Below, piece by piece: positions 44,204-56,134 of a stretch of DNA of 64,000 bases (positions are counted from its first letter, which is position 1; every line of letters begins with the position of its first letter). Below the pieces are notes generated by a model. That model was not told the DNA's origin. It did not search any database and saw nothing but the letters and a program-made list of their open reading frames with translations. Where the stretch lies: the NCBI GenBank assembly GCA_963845755.1, contig CAWJTV010000013.1, forward strand, positions 224,001 to 288,000, in the 5' to 3' direction. The DNA comes from an uncultured Planctomycetota bacterium (GTDB taxonomy: Bacteria; Planctomycetota; Planctomycetia; Isosphaerales; Isosphaeraceae). Both the position numbers and the translations under genes were made by a program.

Positions 44204-45727
44204 GGGGTGGCAGGCCGCGATCGTCCGCGGCCTGATCGACTACGAATCCCGGCGGCTGCGCTTCGTCTGCGACGATCCCTCGCTGAGGGACGGGCGCTGA
44301 CGACGGGGGCGAGCTGGGCGGCCATCGAGGCCGGGGGCGACATCTCCGGGGTGCTCGAGCGATCCAGAGCGGGCTTACCTTGACCCCCGAGCTGCTCGCG
44401 GCGCAGGTCGTCCTATTCGTCCGGAAGATCAACGGATCGCTCGCCGCGTACACCCTCGACGACGCCTCGCACCCCGCGCTCTGCGGAACGACGCGGCGCT
44501 GATCTCCGCGATCGAGCGGCGACCGGAATGACCCTGGGGTGGGGCGGCAGGGCCGCCCCACCCCGCCGCCGTGATCAGAACGCGTCGCGCATCCAGGGCG
44601 AAAGGCCGGCGAACACATGGCGAGGCGCTCGAGGTCCGCCTCCGATCCCTCGATCACCCCCAGCGAGGCCAGCGCCGTCGGCGGCAGGTGCCCGGTGAAC
44701 AGGACGGCGCGGCCCCGGACGCCGAGCCGACCCTCAGCCGCCCGTCGATCATACTGTAATTGTATACAAATCAAGGCCAGAGGCTTAGAATAAGTCAAGG
44801 CTCCTTGCGCGTCTTGAGATGCGTGAGGCGTCTTCGTGATAGCGTGAGTGAGCCATTGTGTTCTAGTTTCGGCTAGGCTCTCTCTGGCTTTAGTCGCGCG
44901 TACGCTGACAGGCCTGTTCGGGCGTTTGGATATCTCTGTTCGGGAATCACCGATGGAGGGCTTTGTCCATTATGGCCACCAGCCATAAAGCAAACTAGTC
45001 CAACAAATTACAAATGATCGACCATGAGGCCACCAAGGTCTCGGGCTTGAGTTTACTCGGTCTCGCTAGTTTACCATGTCGTCACCTTGATGGGCCGATT
45101 CTGACCATTCAGCCCCTGCGGATCCAATAGCCAACTGGTAAACAGGACCGACAGGACTCTCTGGTGGTGCCTCATTAGTGATCTGTCGGTCTAGTTGACT
45201 GCGAGGTTGTTGTAACGGGTGCCCGAGGCACGATACTCTTCCTACCAGCTCACCACCTGCTCTATGATGTGTCGCCGCCGAGAGGTGGCTTTGCTTTGTC
45301 GTAGTGCTCGTCGCGTGGCTGGATGGAACGTGCGGGAATGACCGCTCCGATGCGCCTCAGGCCGACACGACTGCTGGATGCGCGGAGAGCTATACCGCTC
45401 GTCGCCAGCGAGTCGCCGTGGTCGGCGACTTCGGCCGCGGCGGTGGTGAAACAGCCGACGGGCCATCGCGGTGCCACTGCCACCTCAGGCGCCGGTGCCC
45501 GGAGCGGTCTGGCTCGAGCGAGTGGACTGCTTGGATCACGCCCGTCGAGGTCTCGCTCCTCGGGTGGGCCGGCTGGGTCGCTCGTCGTGGGTCCCGGGGG
45601 ATGAGCCGCTCGCCAAGGGCCAGCCTCTACTCCGATTCATTATATTAAAGTGCATTTAATTTACTGAGATGATAGTGGTTGATCGTCCTCCGAAACTGCG
45701 TTACAGTGAGGTCATATTACTTAATAT

Positions 45728-46400
45728 ATGAGCAAACAGATTTCGAAAGCCGAATCGCCCTGGAGCACCGAAGCCGTGGACGCCCATGCCGCCCTCCGGG
45801 CTGCACGGGGGTCGATGGATGTTCGGATGGCCGAGTTGGAAGACGGCGTGCGCGATCTCCGGGCCAGGCTTCACGTCGATCCCACCGGGTCGCCCAAGCA
45901 ATGTCCCACCGGCCCGATCGGACTGAAACGAAAGCCACTGACTCCGCCGTCCTGGCGAAAACGCGGGGGACAGCCCAGCCATCAGGAGGCGTTTCGAGCC
46001 CGGGTCCCTCCCGAGAATCCTCGCTCCTCCCGCGACTGCAGGCCCTGCGACTGCCGACTCTGCGGCTGCGCGCCGGACGGGCGAGCCCCCAACCCCCTGA
46101 TCCATCAGGTCGCCGATCTGCTCGAGATCGCGCCGCCGTTCGACGAGTATCGCCGGCGTCGTCCGAGACGGTCGGGCTCGGGGGCGACCGCCTGCGTCAC
46201 GCCGCCAGAGGATGTCCGCGCCGGCAGATTCGGGCCGCACGATCGAGTCGAACGCGCGACCCGCGCGGGTGCCTACAGGCTCGGCAAGTGGCAGGTCAAC
46301 CCGCTCGCCAGCGAGGTTCTGGTGCTGCCGACTTCCACCGGGATGATTTCCAGGTTTGGAGCAGCCGGCTCACGTGTTCGATTCCTCCTTCAACGGGCCG
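45728..46400 (+). pseudogene. Degenerate IS66 transposase
   Basis: Coiled-coil N-terminus, RKRGGQPSH, C.LCG, HQVADL.EI, FGP. Confidence 0.65.
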
Positions 46401-46719
46401 GCCGCCGTCCGCGCGGCGGAGGTGAAGCACAACGCAACGGGGCACGCCGAGCGGCAGGGAGTGATCTGGCGTCGGATCAGCCGAAGGACCGACAGGGCGC
46501 AGGGGAGTTCGTTCGTCGAACGGAATGTTGGTGGCAGTCGCCGCGAGCCGACTGCAAGAACGGCTCGTACCGGACCACCTTGGATGCCGTTTCGACGCGG
46601 CTCGAAGCGGCTGAGCGATCTCCCCACTCATCTCGGCGATGTTATCGAAGTTCAAAGTCGCCTGATCCCACCTACGGCGCCCTATCTACGCGCATGGGAA
46701 TTTTTTGAGGAGTTACAAC

Positions 46720-47175
46720 TTGGCTGACGAACTCTTGTCTCGTCGCTCCTGCTTTCGCGAGGGAACTCGGATTCGACTGGCTGATGGCCAGCTGTGGACA
46801 TTCCCCGCTCCCCCGAAAGCGTCGGCATGGGAAGCGTCACCATTAGGGACCGAATACACGGGCCTTATCCAAGCGCTCAACGAGGCAGGAGATCGTTCTG
46901 AAGCACGCCTCACCGAACTGGCACTCGCTGTCTTCTTGCTCGGGCACAATTATTCCTTATCACCGACAGACTACCAGCACCTGCTCAGCTCCAACTCGGA
47001 ATCCCCGGACGCGACCGAGTGGCAGGTTGCCTTTCACGACATCGCGCTGGAACACCTTCTCTCCTTCCGGGAGTCGTCCGATCCCCTCGACAGGAAGCCG
47101 TTGCCCACCGTGTCGAAGATCTTCTCTCGGCTGCTGGATCGGCTTCGAAGAGTCCTTCCATCCGGGTTCCGATGA
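46720..47175 (+). CDS. Hypothetical protein
   Basis: GAGGAG RBS + TTG; IRLADGQLWTFPAP...ELALAVFLLGHNYSL. Confidence 0.6.
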   Translation: MADELLSRRSCFREGTRIRLADGQLWTFPAPPKASAWEASPLGTEYTGLIQALNEAGDRSEARLTELALAVFLLGHNYSLSPTDYQHLLSSNSESPDATEWQVAFHDIALEHLLSFRESSDPLDRKPLPTVSKIFSRLLDRLRRVLPSGFR

Positions 47176-47377
47176 ATTTAACATTTTAAATTTGATGATA
47201 AGATAACGGAAGACGTCTCCTCGGCTTTGCCTACGCGGCTGACAATGGCGTGGCAGAGCACCTCGATGGCGCACTTGAGCCGGACGGTGGCGCGGACGCG
47301 GCGCGCAGCACTTGAGCCGAGTCGATGCCCTGTTTGCCCCCGGCCTTGAGCAGCCCCAGCGCCTTACGGCGATCTAG

Positions 47378-47786
47378 TGTCTTGCTTCAGACGGAAATGG
47401 AGAGGCGCCCCACCCGAGTTATATGAATAGCTCGGCAGGAGCCTCACCATGCGAAAGCCCCGAAAGAACGATACGCCTGTCGAGAAGGTCGCCATTTTGC
47501 GACGGCACCTGATCGACCACGTTCCGTCTCGGACCTCTGCGACGAGCATCAGTTCTCCCCCACCTTGTTCTACCAGCGGCAGAAGCCGTTCTTGGAGAAC
47601 GGCCCGGCCGCCTTCCAGCGGAAGAGCCCCGCGCCCGATGGACACCTCCAGTGCACCATCGCCGCCCTGCGCGACAAGCTCAGCGCAAGGACGAGGTCGT
47701 CTCGGAGTTGATGGAGGAACATATCAAATTAAAAAAGAGCTTGGGGAGCTCTGAACGGAGTCTGGGTTCCCCACGACACCCGGGAC
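47378..47786 (+). mobile_element. IS3-family remnant (orfA + start of orfB), truncated by ISKra4
   Basis: TG-initiated end, MRKPRK..EKVAILRRHL, A6G slip site near 47731, WVPHDTRD cut at 47786. Confidence 0.7.
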
Positions 47787-49246
47787 GGGTGCGGTCGAAA
47801 GTTGATGTCGCACTGTAGTCAATGAGATTCTCATGTCAAGCTGCAACCGGAAACCCGTACTGGTCCACCTTCGACCAGAACTGGTCCCAGCGTTCCGGCG
47901 TGTAGGTGAGGCACGGCAGGCTCAGGACCGCCGCCGCTCCCCCTTCCTTCCCCCGCATTCCCGAGCCGCACAGCCGCTGCTTCACGATCACCTTGCACGC
48001 CGCCTCGGTCACCCCCGAGCCGATCGGATCATTGATCACCACCCGCGCCGTATAGTTCATTCGCCCCTGGCCATGCTGGTTCGCGAAGTACCTCAGCGCG
48101 TCGGCGACTTCCTCGCTGTCCTTGGTCCACGGCCGGACCTGGGCCTTGGACCACAGCTCCCGGATCATCCGCCCCGCCCCGCCCCGCCGACCTCGTGTTT
48201 GCGGATATGGCACATCTCCTCCAGCCACACCCGCCGCGCCCCGTCTTGGCCGCGGAACAGGACGCCGCCGCCGCGCCCAGGTATTCCGCGGCGTGCCAGA
48301 AGTTGACGACTTGCACCTCAGTGTGCCGCTCCAAGAAATCCCAATTCCCCTGGGCCTCGCCAGCGATCCCGATGAACTGGACCTCCGGGAGTTCCGCCCG
48401 GCGCGCTCCACTTCCCGAGTCATCCGCTTCAGGAACGTCGCCTTGCCATATTCGGGGGTACCCCCAGGTAGATCGTATGCAGCCGCTGCCCCTGCTCATC
48501 GTAGAAGTTCAACGTCCCGACCATGACCTCGCGCCAGCCGTCCTCACTCAGATGCATGCAGGGCCCGTTCAGGCCGACGCTCACCGCCGCCGGTGGGTCG
48601 TGCCATCGCGGCAAGGAGTAGCTCCCCGATTCCTCCTTGGCCAGCGCCACCGCCGCCACGGCGTCGGCCAGGTACTGGACCAGGCACTTGGCGACACAAC
48701 GGCCATGGTTGTCTTGCAGGTCGCGCCGCACCCGTATGGCGCCGAATTCGGCATACTTGCTCGAGACGATCTTGGCGAACAGCGGGGTGGAGGTCACGAT
48801 GATCCGCGCGGTGCGCTTGAACGGACAGAAGGTCGAGCCCCCCTGGGCGGACTGGTAGACGTGCTGCTCGAGGGAGACGGCCCCATAGGGCGTCTGGTAC
48901 TCCTTGGAGAGCTGTCCCTTGCTGGAGAGGGTCGTGGACCCGACCGGGATGGGCGAGCCGTCGGTGTCGAAGCGTCGAAGCTGCTCAGGAGTGGCCAGAG
49001 TGCCAGCCTCGTGGAGTTCCTGTTGGAGCCGGATCTCGAGGTCGAGCATCGAGCGATCGAACGGGACGGTAAGCTGCACCGTGATGCCCTCAGGGGACGA
49101 ATTGACGACCTGGGCGGCCATGGCTTGACTGCTGGAAAGGGCAGTAGATGGAGTCAGGACACCAAGCACCACCGTGAAAATCAACATCAAATTTCGGCCG
49201 CAGCCCGGCTATCCCCCGTATCGACGGGAGCCATGGGACGTGTCCC
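47787..49246 (-). mobile_element. ISKra4-family IS; frameshifted transposase 47836-49121
   Basis: KEYQTPYG, NFWHAAEYL, PIGSGVTEAACK..KQRLCGSGM; GGG-initiated ends. Confidence 0.75.
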
Positions 49247-49266
49247 CTAACGCCCCGCAGGCCCCG

Positions 49267-50524
49267 CAGGGCTCTTCACTTTTTGAAGATACCCAGTTTG
49301 GTGAAGAGCCTTCCGACCTGAGAAGCGTTCCGCCGTATGGTCTCGGCAATATTCGTCGCGCCGGTGGCCCGGAGGAAGCCAATCGCCGCATTGCGCAGAG
49401 CGGCCATGATCTCGGGACCGCAGCCCTTGCGGATGCGACTCGCGTCCTCCCCGAGAGTCACATCGCGCACGTAATGCGACCGATTCTCGATCGACCAGTG
49501 GCCTCGTGCCCACGTCAGCAAGACACCGGCATCGGCCAGCTCCCGCGGGGCGCTGGTGAGGAAATAGCGGGTCTCTTGGGTCGTCTTGCCGTCCTGCTCG
49601 ACCACACTCTCAATCTGGCCGACCTGAGCGACACCGGGCCAATCCAGATACCCGTTCAACGCCGTCGTCGCCTTCAAGGTCCGCCGTTCGCGACGACCAT
49701 GCCCCTTGTCGAGGGTCGTCGCTGTGTCTTGCGTATCGGCCCAGATTTGTCGCTGTTTAGGGGGAAAAAGCCGCTTCGATGGAAGCGGCGAAGGCCATCT
49801 GAATATCGTGGAGTAGCGTCGGTTGGTTCTCTTTGACGAACCACAGATAGTGGCCCTGGGCATCAATCACCTGTTGAGACAGATCGCGTTGGCAGAACAT
49901 GGCGTCGCCGGTGACCAGGCGCCCTTTGAGAACGAGGTCTTGGAGCAACCGGAGGGCGGTCTTGTGCTCGTTGGTCTTGTTCTCGCTGCCCTGAGCGACG
50001 GGAGTCTGGGCCAGCGTGAGCCCTGATTGATGAGCCACCAGGGAGAGCAGATGCACCGCCTTCTCCAGGCCGTCGAAGCTACCACGAGCCGTCTTGCCGT
50101 CCACGGCGAACGCCTCCAGTGGTGTCGGCGGGGTCGAGGTCGCCCCGCCCAGTAACGATTCCGCCCACCGCGTCAGCGCGTCCTCAAAGGCTTTCGGGCT
50201 CAGGGCAATCAAAACCTTGCGGATGCCGCCGAGTTTCGGCGGTGTGCGTGTGAAGCCGAGTTGGTGCATCAGGGCGATGTCTTGGTCGTGTCCCCATTGA
50301 GCGATCGCGGCGTAACTCTTGGCGCCGCACATGATAGCGCAACAGACCAATCCGAGGATGGCCGTCAGGGGATGTCGGCGGCCTCGGCGGCTGCGCGGAT
50401 CGGGGACAGCGGCCAGAAAGGAGAGAAGACTCCCGGCGGTGTGGGCTTCCATGCGAGACCTCCCTGTGGAAAAACGCGGTGGTGCACGGTCTCCTTATCG
50501 ACGAAACCTTCTCGTACCCGCCCA
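49267..50524 (-). mobile_element. ISAs1-family IS; transposase 49276-50452 in two frames joined at T5C5
   Basis: VPDPRS.RG.RHPL, AVDGKTARGS, TGDAMFCQR, VKENQ, HGRRERR, RGHWSIEN, RDVTLGED; GCCCTG after stop. Confidence 0.85.
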
Positions 50525-51674
50525 CCCGCAGGCCCCGCGGGCGCCTGGACTTCGACATTGGTGTCCTCCCCCGAGCCATGAACCGGATCGGTAAGAATAT
50601 CGCGGGGTTGCTCGTCGAATGGGATGCAGCCACGCCCCGTCCGATCGGGCCTCTCGCGCGTCCCGTCCGTCTTCCATGCTCGACGCGACGTGGCGAGGTC
50701 TCCCGATCAGGCCCCGCGGCCGACCGACGATCTCCCGTCACTCGCACAGGGAGAACTTCGGTCCGGGTCTACGGCGGGATCTGGAGACCCACGCCGAGCG
50801 CGGGAACTCCATTCAAAGGACGGCTCTTCGGGTTCGTATGAGCCGCCTGCAACCCAAGCGTGAGACGATGCAGGCTACCTCGTCGGCGATCGCTACGAAG
50901 CGTGGGATTGACGATCTCTTGTCCACTATGTCGTCGATTCAATCATCGGCATGTTGCCAAATCGCCACACTTGAAGCCTATCAATCACATTCCGATGGCA
51001 TCCTGCGCAAGATCAGCCGTGCTGATGGTAATTCCAAGCTAGATTTGAAACAGCCTGATAAGCGCATTGTTTTTCGGGTGCACGGGAACCCCTGCTTGCA
51101 ACCGACGGGCACGGAGTGCTGCGCACTAGAATGTGGTGAGGGATCACGATCACGAAATGCGGCATTTCGCGAGACGGGGATTGCCCAGGGCGTCGGCAAG
51201 TACGACGTCTCCGCATCGGAGCGGACCTCGTTGCGGTGAGGCCGTTTGATGAGACGATTTGCAGACCGGGCGGACGACCCGATTCGTCACAACTCGGCGA
51301 CTCTTGAATGCCCTCTCAGGAGTGGCCCTTGATGGAGATCGAAGATATGCACTCGCTTACCGGTCCGCAGGAGGATGAGCCGGCGTCGATTCCGTCTCGA
51401 GTTCAGGGTGCCTCCGCGGAGCCGGTTCGCGTCACTCCGGGCCCGATCAATCCGGCTCCGCACGCGACCGCACCGGATGCCATGGGACTGCTACGGGCCT
51501 TCCGACGTCGTTGGCGGCTGGCAATCGGTGCCGGCGTGCTCCTCGGTGGGATCGCGGCCGTCGCCGCCTGGTATCCACCCCAGGTGGCTCAAAAATGACG
51601 CGAAATGTTAATAAGGCACGATTTTCCTAATAATGCTATAAAGGTCGAAATTGGGAAAAACGATCGGTAGAGGC

Positions 51675-51703
51675 TTGATACCGGACTCTATCCGGATTAT
51701 AAC
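51675..51703 (+). promoter_or_regulatory. Putative sigma70 promoter, copy 1
   Basis: TTGATA-17 bp-TATAAC with AT-rich upstream region. Confidence 0.6.
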
Positions 51704-52448
51704 GATATCACTCGCTCACTGACGAGCGGGACACAGCAAGAATCCAACGACGGTTCCATCATAGCAGATGATTCGAGATCGGCCTGAGGAACGGTGAGAC
51801 AAGGTTGTCTCGGATTGTTGCATCCTAAGACGCGTCGTTTCTCGGGTGCACGGCAACCTCTGCTTGCAACCGACGGGCACGGAGTGTGCGCCCTACGAAT
51901 GCGGTGATCAGAGGGATCACGATCACGAAATGCGGCGTTTCGCGAGACGGGGATTGCCCAGGGCATCGGCAAGAACGATCTCTCCGCGTCGGACCGGACC
52001 TCATTGCGGCGAGGTCGTTTGATGAGACGATTTGCAGACCGGGCGGACGACCCGATTCGTCACAACTCGGCGATTCTCGATTGCACGCTCAGGAGTAGTC
52101 CTTGATGGAGATTAAAGGTATACACTCGCTTACCGGTCCGCAGGAGGATGAGCCGGCGTCGATTCCGTCTCGAGTTCAGGGTGCCTCCGCGGAGCCGGTT
52201 CGCGTCACTCCGGGCCCGATCAGTCCGGCTCCGCACGCGACCGCACCGGATGCCATGGGACTGCTACGGGCCTTCCGACGTCGCTGGCGGCTGGCAATCG
52301 GTGCCGGCGTGCTCCTCGGTGGGATCGCGGCCGTCGCCGCCTGGTATCCACCCCAGGTGGCTTAAAAATGACGCGAAATGTTAATAAGGCACGATTTTCC
52401 TAATAATGCTATAAAGGTCGAAATTGGGAAACAACGATCGGTAGAGGC

Positions 52449-52477
52449 TTGAAACCGGACTCTATCCGGATTATAAC
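52449..52477 (+). promoter_or_regulatory. Putative sigma70 promoter, copy 2
   Basis: TTGAAA-17 bp-TATAAC. Confidence 0.6.
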
Positions 52478-52878
52478 GATATCACTCGCTCACTGACGAG
52501 CGGGACACAGCAAGAATCCAACGACGGTTCCATCATAGCAGATGATTCGAGATCGGCCTGAGGAACGGTGAGACAAGGTTGTCTCGGGTTGTTGCATCCT
52601 AAGACGCGTCGTTTCTCGGGTGCACGGGAACCCCTGCTTGCAACCGACGGGCACGGAGTGTGCCGCCTAGAATGCGGTGATCAGAGGGATCACGATATCA
52701 CGAATGCGGCATTTCGCGAGACGTGGATTGCCCAGGGCGTCGGCAAGAACGATCTCTCCGCGTCGGACCGGACCTCATTGCGGCGAGGTCGTTTGATGAG
52801 ACGATTTGCAGACCGGGCGGACGACCCGATTCGTCACAACTCGGCGATTCTCGATTGTACGCTCAGGAGTAGTCCTTG

Positions 52879-55122
52879 ATGGAGATTAAAGGTATACACT
52901 CGCTTACCGGTCCGCAGGAGGATGAGCCGGCGTCGATTCCGTCTCGAGTTCAGGGTGCCTCCGCGGAGCCGGTTCGCGTCACTCCGGGCCCGATCAGTCC
53001 GGCTCCGCACGCGACCGCACCGGATGCCATGGGACTGCTACGGGCCTTCCGACGTCGCTGGCGGCTGGCAATCGGTGCCGGCGTGCTCCTCGGTGGGATC
53101 GCGGCCGTCGCCGCCTGGTATCTGGTTCCGGCAGCGAAGTACACCGCCGAAGCACTCCTTCTGGTCGAGCCGGAGCAGCCCAGGCTGATCGCCACCACCA
53201 AGGAATACCATTCGGATCCGGAGACCGATCGCAAGACCCAGGTGACGCTGATCAAGAGCCCCGTCGTCCTGGCGAAAGCCCTCGGCCAACCCGAAGTCGC
53301 CAAGCTCGCCTTGATTCGGAGGCAGGCGGAGCCGGCGGAATGGGTCGAGAGCGAGATCAAGGCGGAGTTCACGGGCAAGATCCTCCGGCTCAGTTTGAGC
53401 GGTGACGACCCGTCCGAGGTGGCCACTCTCGTCAAAGCGGTCACGAGCGCCTACTTGAGCGAGGTCGCCTACAAGGAAAAAGCCCAGCGACTCGAGCGGA
53501 ATGAGACCCTGAAGCACCTCTTCGACAAACTTCAGAAGCAGCTCGAGTCGAAGCGCGGTGAACTTAAGGCCCTGGCGTTCGAGCTCGGTTCGAACGACAA
53601 ACAGACGCTCAGCTTGCAGCAGCGGCTCGCGATGACGCAACAGAGCCAGGCAGAGCAGGAATTGCTGCGGACTCAATCCGACCTGCGCCAGGCTATGGCG
53701 AGACTCAAGGCAATGCAGGCGAAGGTAGAGAGGGACGGCTCGGATGAAGGGGCGGACTCATCCGGTGGGCCGGCGATCGCCGATGTGGAAAAGGCCATCG
53801 CGAGCGATCCGGTCGTGCTCGGCTACTTCGACAAGGAAGAGGAGCTTAAGAGCAGCATCGCGTATGCCAGGTCGGTCGTGCGGAACCCGTCGGATCCCGC
53901 GGTGGTGCGCCTCCAGCAAGAAATGATCAAGATCCAGAAGCGGCGGAAGCAGTATGAGGCACGGCTGCGTTCCCAGATCCTCAGCCAGCCGAAGGCCCCC
54001 TCCGATCCTCACGGCCAGGCGGAATCGAGCCTCGCCGCGCTCGAGGACGAAATCGGCGTACTGAAAGAGATGGAGCAAGAACTGAGAAACGAGGTCGGTA
54101 AATTCACCGGAGGCACGAAGAAGCTGGGTACCCAGGCCCTCGAGATGGAGTCAATCCAGGACGAGATCAGTAGCTCCATGGAAATGGCCAAGCTCATCGG
54201 GACCGAGATCGAGGCGTTGAAGATCGAGTTGAATGCGCCGGATCGCGTTCGGGTGCTCAAGGAGGCCAAAGCCCCGCACGTCCTCGACTCGAGTCGCAAG
54301 CTCAAGCTCACAGAAATGGCCGGTGGTGGGGCTTTCGGAATGGTCGTTCTCCTGGTCTCGTTCTGGGAATTCCGAGCTCGGCGGATCGATTCGCAGGACG
54401 AAGTGACCCAAGGTCTGGGAATCAAGCTCGTCGGCACCATGCCAACGATCCGCCGGACTACGTCCGGTCCTGTCTCCGCCGTGAGGAGCCAGCGGGAACT
54501 CCTCTGGCAACACCAGTTGGTCGAGTCGGTCGAGACCACGCGAATCATGTTGACCCACGAGGCCAACGCTGGGTCCTACCGGGTGGTACTGGTGACGAGC
54601 GCCGTCGGGGGCGAAGGCAAGACCTCGCTGGCCTGCCACCTGGCCACCAGCCTGGCTCGCGCCGGCCAGAAGACGCTGCTCATCGACGGCGATCTCCGCA
54701 GGCCGACGGTCCATCGCATCTTCGATCAAGCCCCGGAGCCCGGCTTCTGCGAGCTGATTCGCGATGAAGTCGCCATCGACGATGTCATCCGGCCGACGAC
54801 GGTCAACAACCTTTGGACGATCCCGGCCGGCCACCAGGACGATCACGCCCTCGCGGTGCTGTCGCAGCCCCGGGCACGGGAGTTATTCGATCAGACCCGG
54901 GAACGGTTCGGTTTCGTGATTGTGGATTCGGCGCCCGTGCTGCCGGTCGCCGATACCCTGTTGTTCTCCCGCCATGTGGACGCCGTGTTGTTTTCCATTC
55001 TGCGCGAGGTGAGCCAGGTCCCCAAGATCCAGGCTGCTTACGGTCGAATCGCGGCTCTCGGAATCCCGATCCTCGGCGCCGTCGTGTCGGGTACTCAAAT
55101 CAGTTCTGACTATCGGTATTGA
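52879..55122 (+). CDS. wzc: Polysaccharide co-polymerase / tyrosine autokinase (Wzc-like)
   Basis: Two TM segments around coiled coil; TSAVGGEGKTS, LIDGDLRRP, VIVDSAPVL; Tyr tail DYRY. Confidence 0.88.
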   Translation: MEIKGIHSLTGPQEDEPASIPSRVQGASAEPVRVTPGPISPAPHATAPDAMGLLRAFRRRWRLAIGAGVLLGGIAAVAAWYLVPAAKYTAEALLLVEPEQPRLIATTKEYHSDPETDRKTQVTLIKSPVVLAKALGQPEVAKLALIRRQAEPAEWVESEIKAEFTGKILRLSLSGDDPSEVATLVKAVTSAYLSEVAYKEKAQRLERNETLKHLFDKLQKQLESKRGELKALAFELGSNDKQTLSLQQRLAMTQQSQAEQELLRTQSDLRQAMARLKAMQAKVERDGSDEGADSSGGPAIADVEKAIASDPVVLGYFDKEEELKSSIAYARSVVRNPSDPAVVRLQQEMIKIQKRRKQYEARLRSQILSQPKAPSDPHGQAESSLAALEDEIGVLKEMEQELRNEVGKFTGGTKKLGTQALEMESIQDEISSSMEMAKLIGTEIEALKIELNAPDRVRVLKEAKAPHVLDSSRKLKLTEMAGGGAFGMVVLLVSFWEFRARRIDSQDEVTQGLGIKLVGTMPTIRRTTSGPVSAVRSQRELLWQHQLVESVETTRIMLTHEANAGSYRVVLVTSAVGGEGKTSLACHLATSLARAGQKTLLIDGDLRRPTVHRIFDQAPEPGFCELIRDEVAIDDVIRPTTVNNLWTIPAGHQDDHALAVLSQPRARELFDQTRERFGFVIVDSAPVLPVADTLLFSRHVDAVLFSILREVSQVPKIQAAYGRIAALGIPILGAVVSGTQISSDYRY

Positions 55123-55199
55123 TCGGCAAATATGATGTATTTCGTCGATGAAGACGATCGCTCAAGGAATCCGAGGAACAACGAGGAGGGTATGTCACG

Positions 55200-55970
55200 A
55201 TGAGCTTGGTGTCCAAGACAGATCGCGAATCGATCGAGCCGGCGAGCGTGGTCAACCATCCGTGGAAATCGACGATGGATTGGTTTCTCGCCGCATTCCT
55301 GATGTTTCCGGCCGCGCCAGTGATCCTCGCCGCGATGGCGCTGGTCCGCCTGACGTCGCCCGGTCCGGCGATCTATCGTCAAACACGGCTGGGCCGCGGC
55401 GGTCGGTCGTTCACGATCTACAAGATCCGGACGATGCACCACAACTCCGAGCGGCTGACAGGGCCGCGGTGGTCGACGCCTGGAGATCCTCGGGTCACTC
55501 GTCTCGGCCGGATCCTCCGGGCCACCCACCTCGACGAGCTTCCCCAGCTCTGGAACATCTTCCGTGGCGACATGAGCCTGGTCGGACCCAGGCCGGAGCG
55601 GCCCGAGATCGTGCCGCAGCTTGAGCGTGTGTTGCCGGCCTATCGTGAGCGGCTCCTGGTCCGGCCGGGCGTCACGGGCCTGGCCCAGGTGCAGCTCCCG
55701 CCAGACACCGACGTCGAGAGTGTGCGCCGCAAGCTCGCGTGCGACCTGTACTACATCAGTCGGGCTGGCATCTGGTTAGACCTGCGAATCATGATCGGGA
55801 CTGCGCTCGGGCTGATGAGCGTGCCGGTGAAGATCAGATGCGGGCTCCTCGGCATCCCCCGCGTCGAATGCGCCGAGAGGGAATACCTCGACCAGTCGGG
55901 CGAGATGAATACTCTGCCCGGGCCATCCGATCGCTTCGCCCCGATCTCATCGGCGTCAAGAGCATTCTGA
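55200..55970 (+). CDS. Phosphoglycosyl transferase (bacterial sugar transferase)
   Basis: [39 protein letters not shown]. Confidence 0.92.
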   Translation: MSLVSKTDRESIEPASVVNHPWKSTMDWFLAAFLMFPAAPVILAAMALVRLTSPGPAIYRQTRLGRGGRSFTIYKIRTMHHNSERLTGPRWSTPGDPRVTRLGRILRATHLDELPQLWNIFRGDMSLVGPRPERPEIVPQLERVLPAYRERLLVRPGVTGLAQVQLPPDTDVESVRRKLACDLYYISRAGIWLDLRIMIGTALGLMSVPVKIRCGLLGIPRVECAEREYLDQSGEMNTLPGPSDRFAPISSASRAF

Positions 55971-56134
55971 GACGAGTGGGCGGACGCTTGCCCGGCGACG
56001 ATGGAGCCTCGTGACCGCGGCGACTCCCGCGTTGGAATCAAAGAGGGTGGCGAAAATCGACGGGGCCAGAGCCGCCTGTCTCCGGCAGCGGCGTGAGAGC
56101 CGGGCAGGAGAGCAACATAATATCGACCTTGGAA

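Larger units (their letters stand above)
51070..53122 (+). repeat. Tandem repeat of wzc promoter/leader/5' coding region (one partial + two full copies of about 773 bp)
   Basis: GCCGCCTGGTATC ends at 51575, 52348, 53122; truncated wzc ORFs end at 51598 and 52365. Confidence 0.9.

Noticed and set aside
44200..45720. Short ORFs and AT-richer DNA as genes or ncRNA
   Set aside because: No recognisable motifs or convincing structure; likely decayed fragments and intergenic DNA
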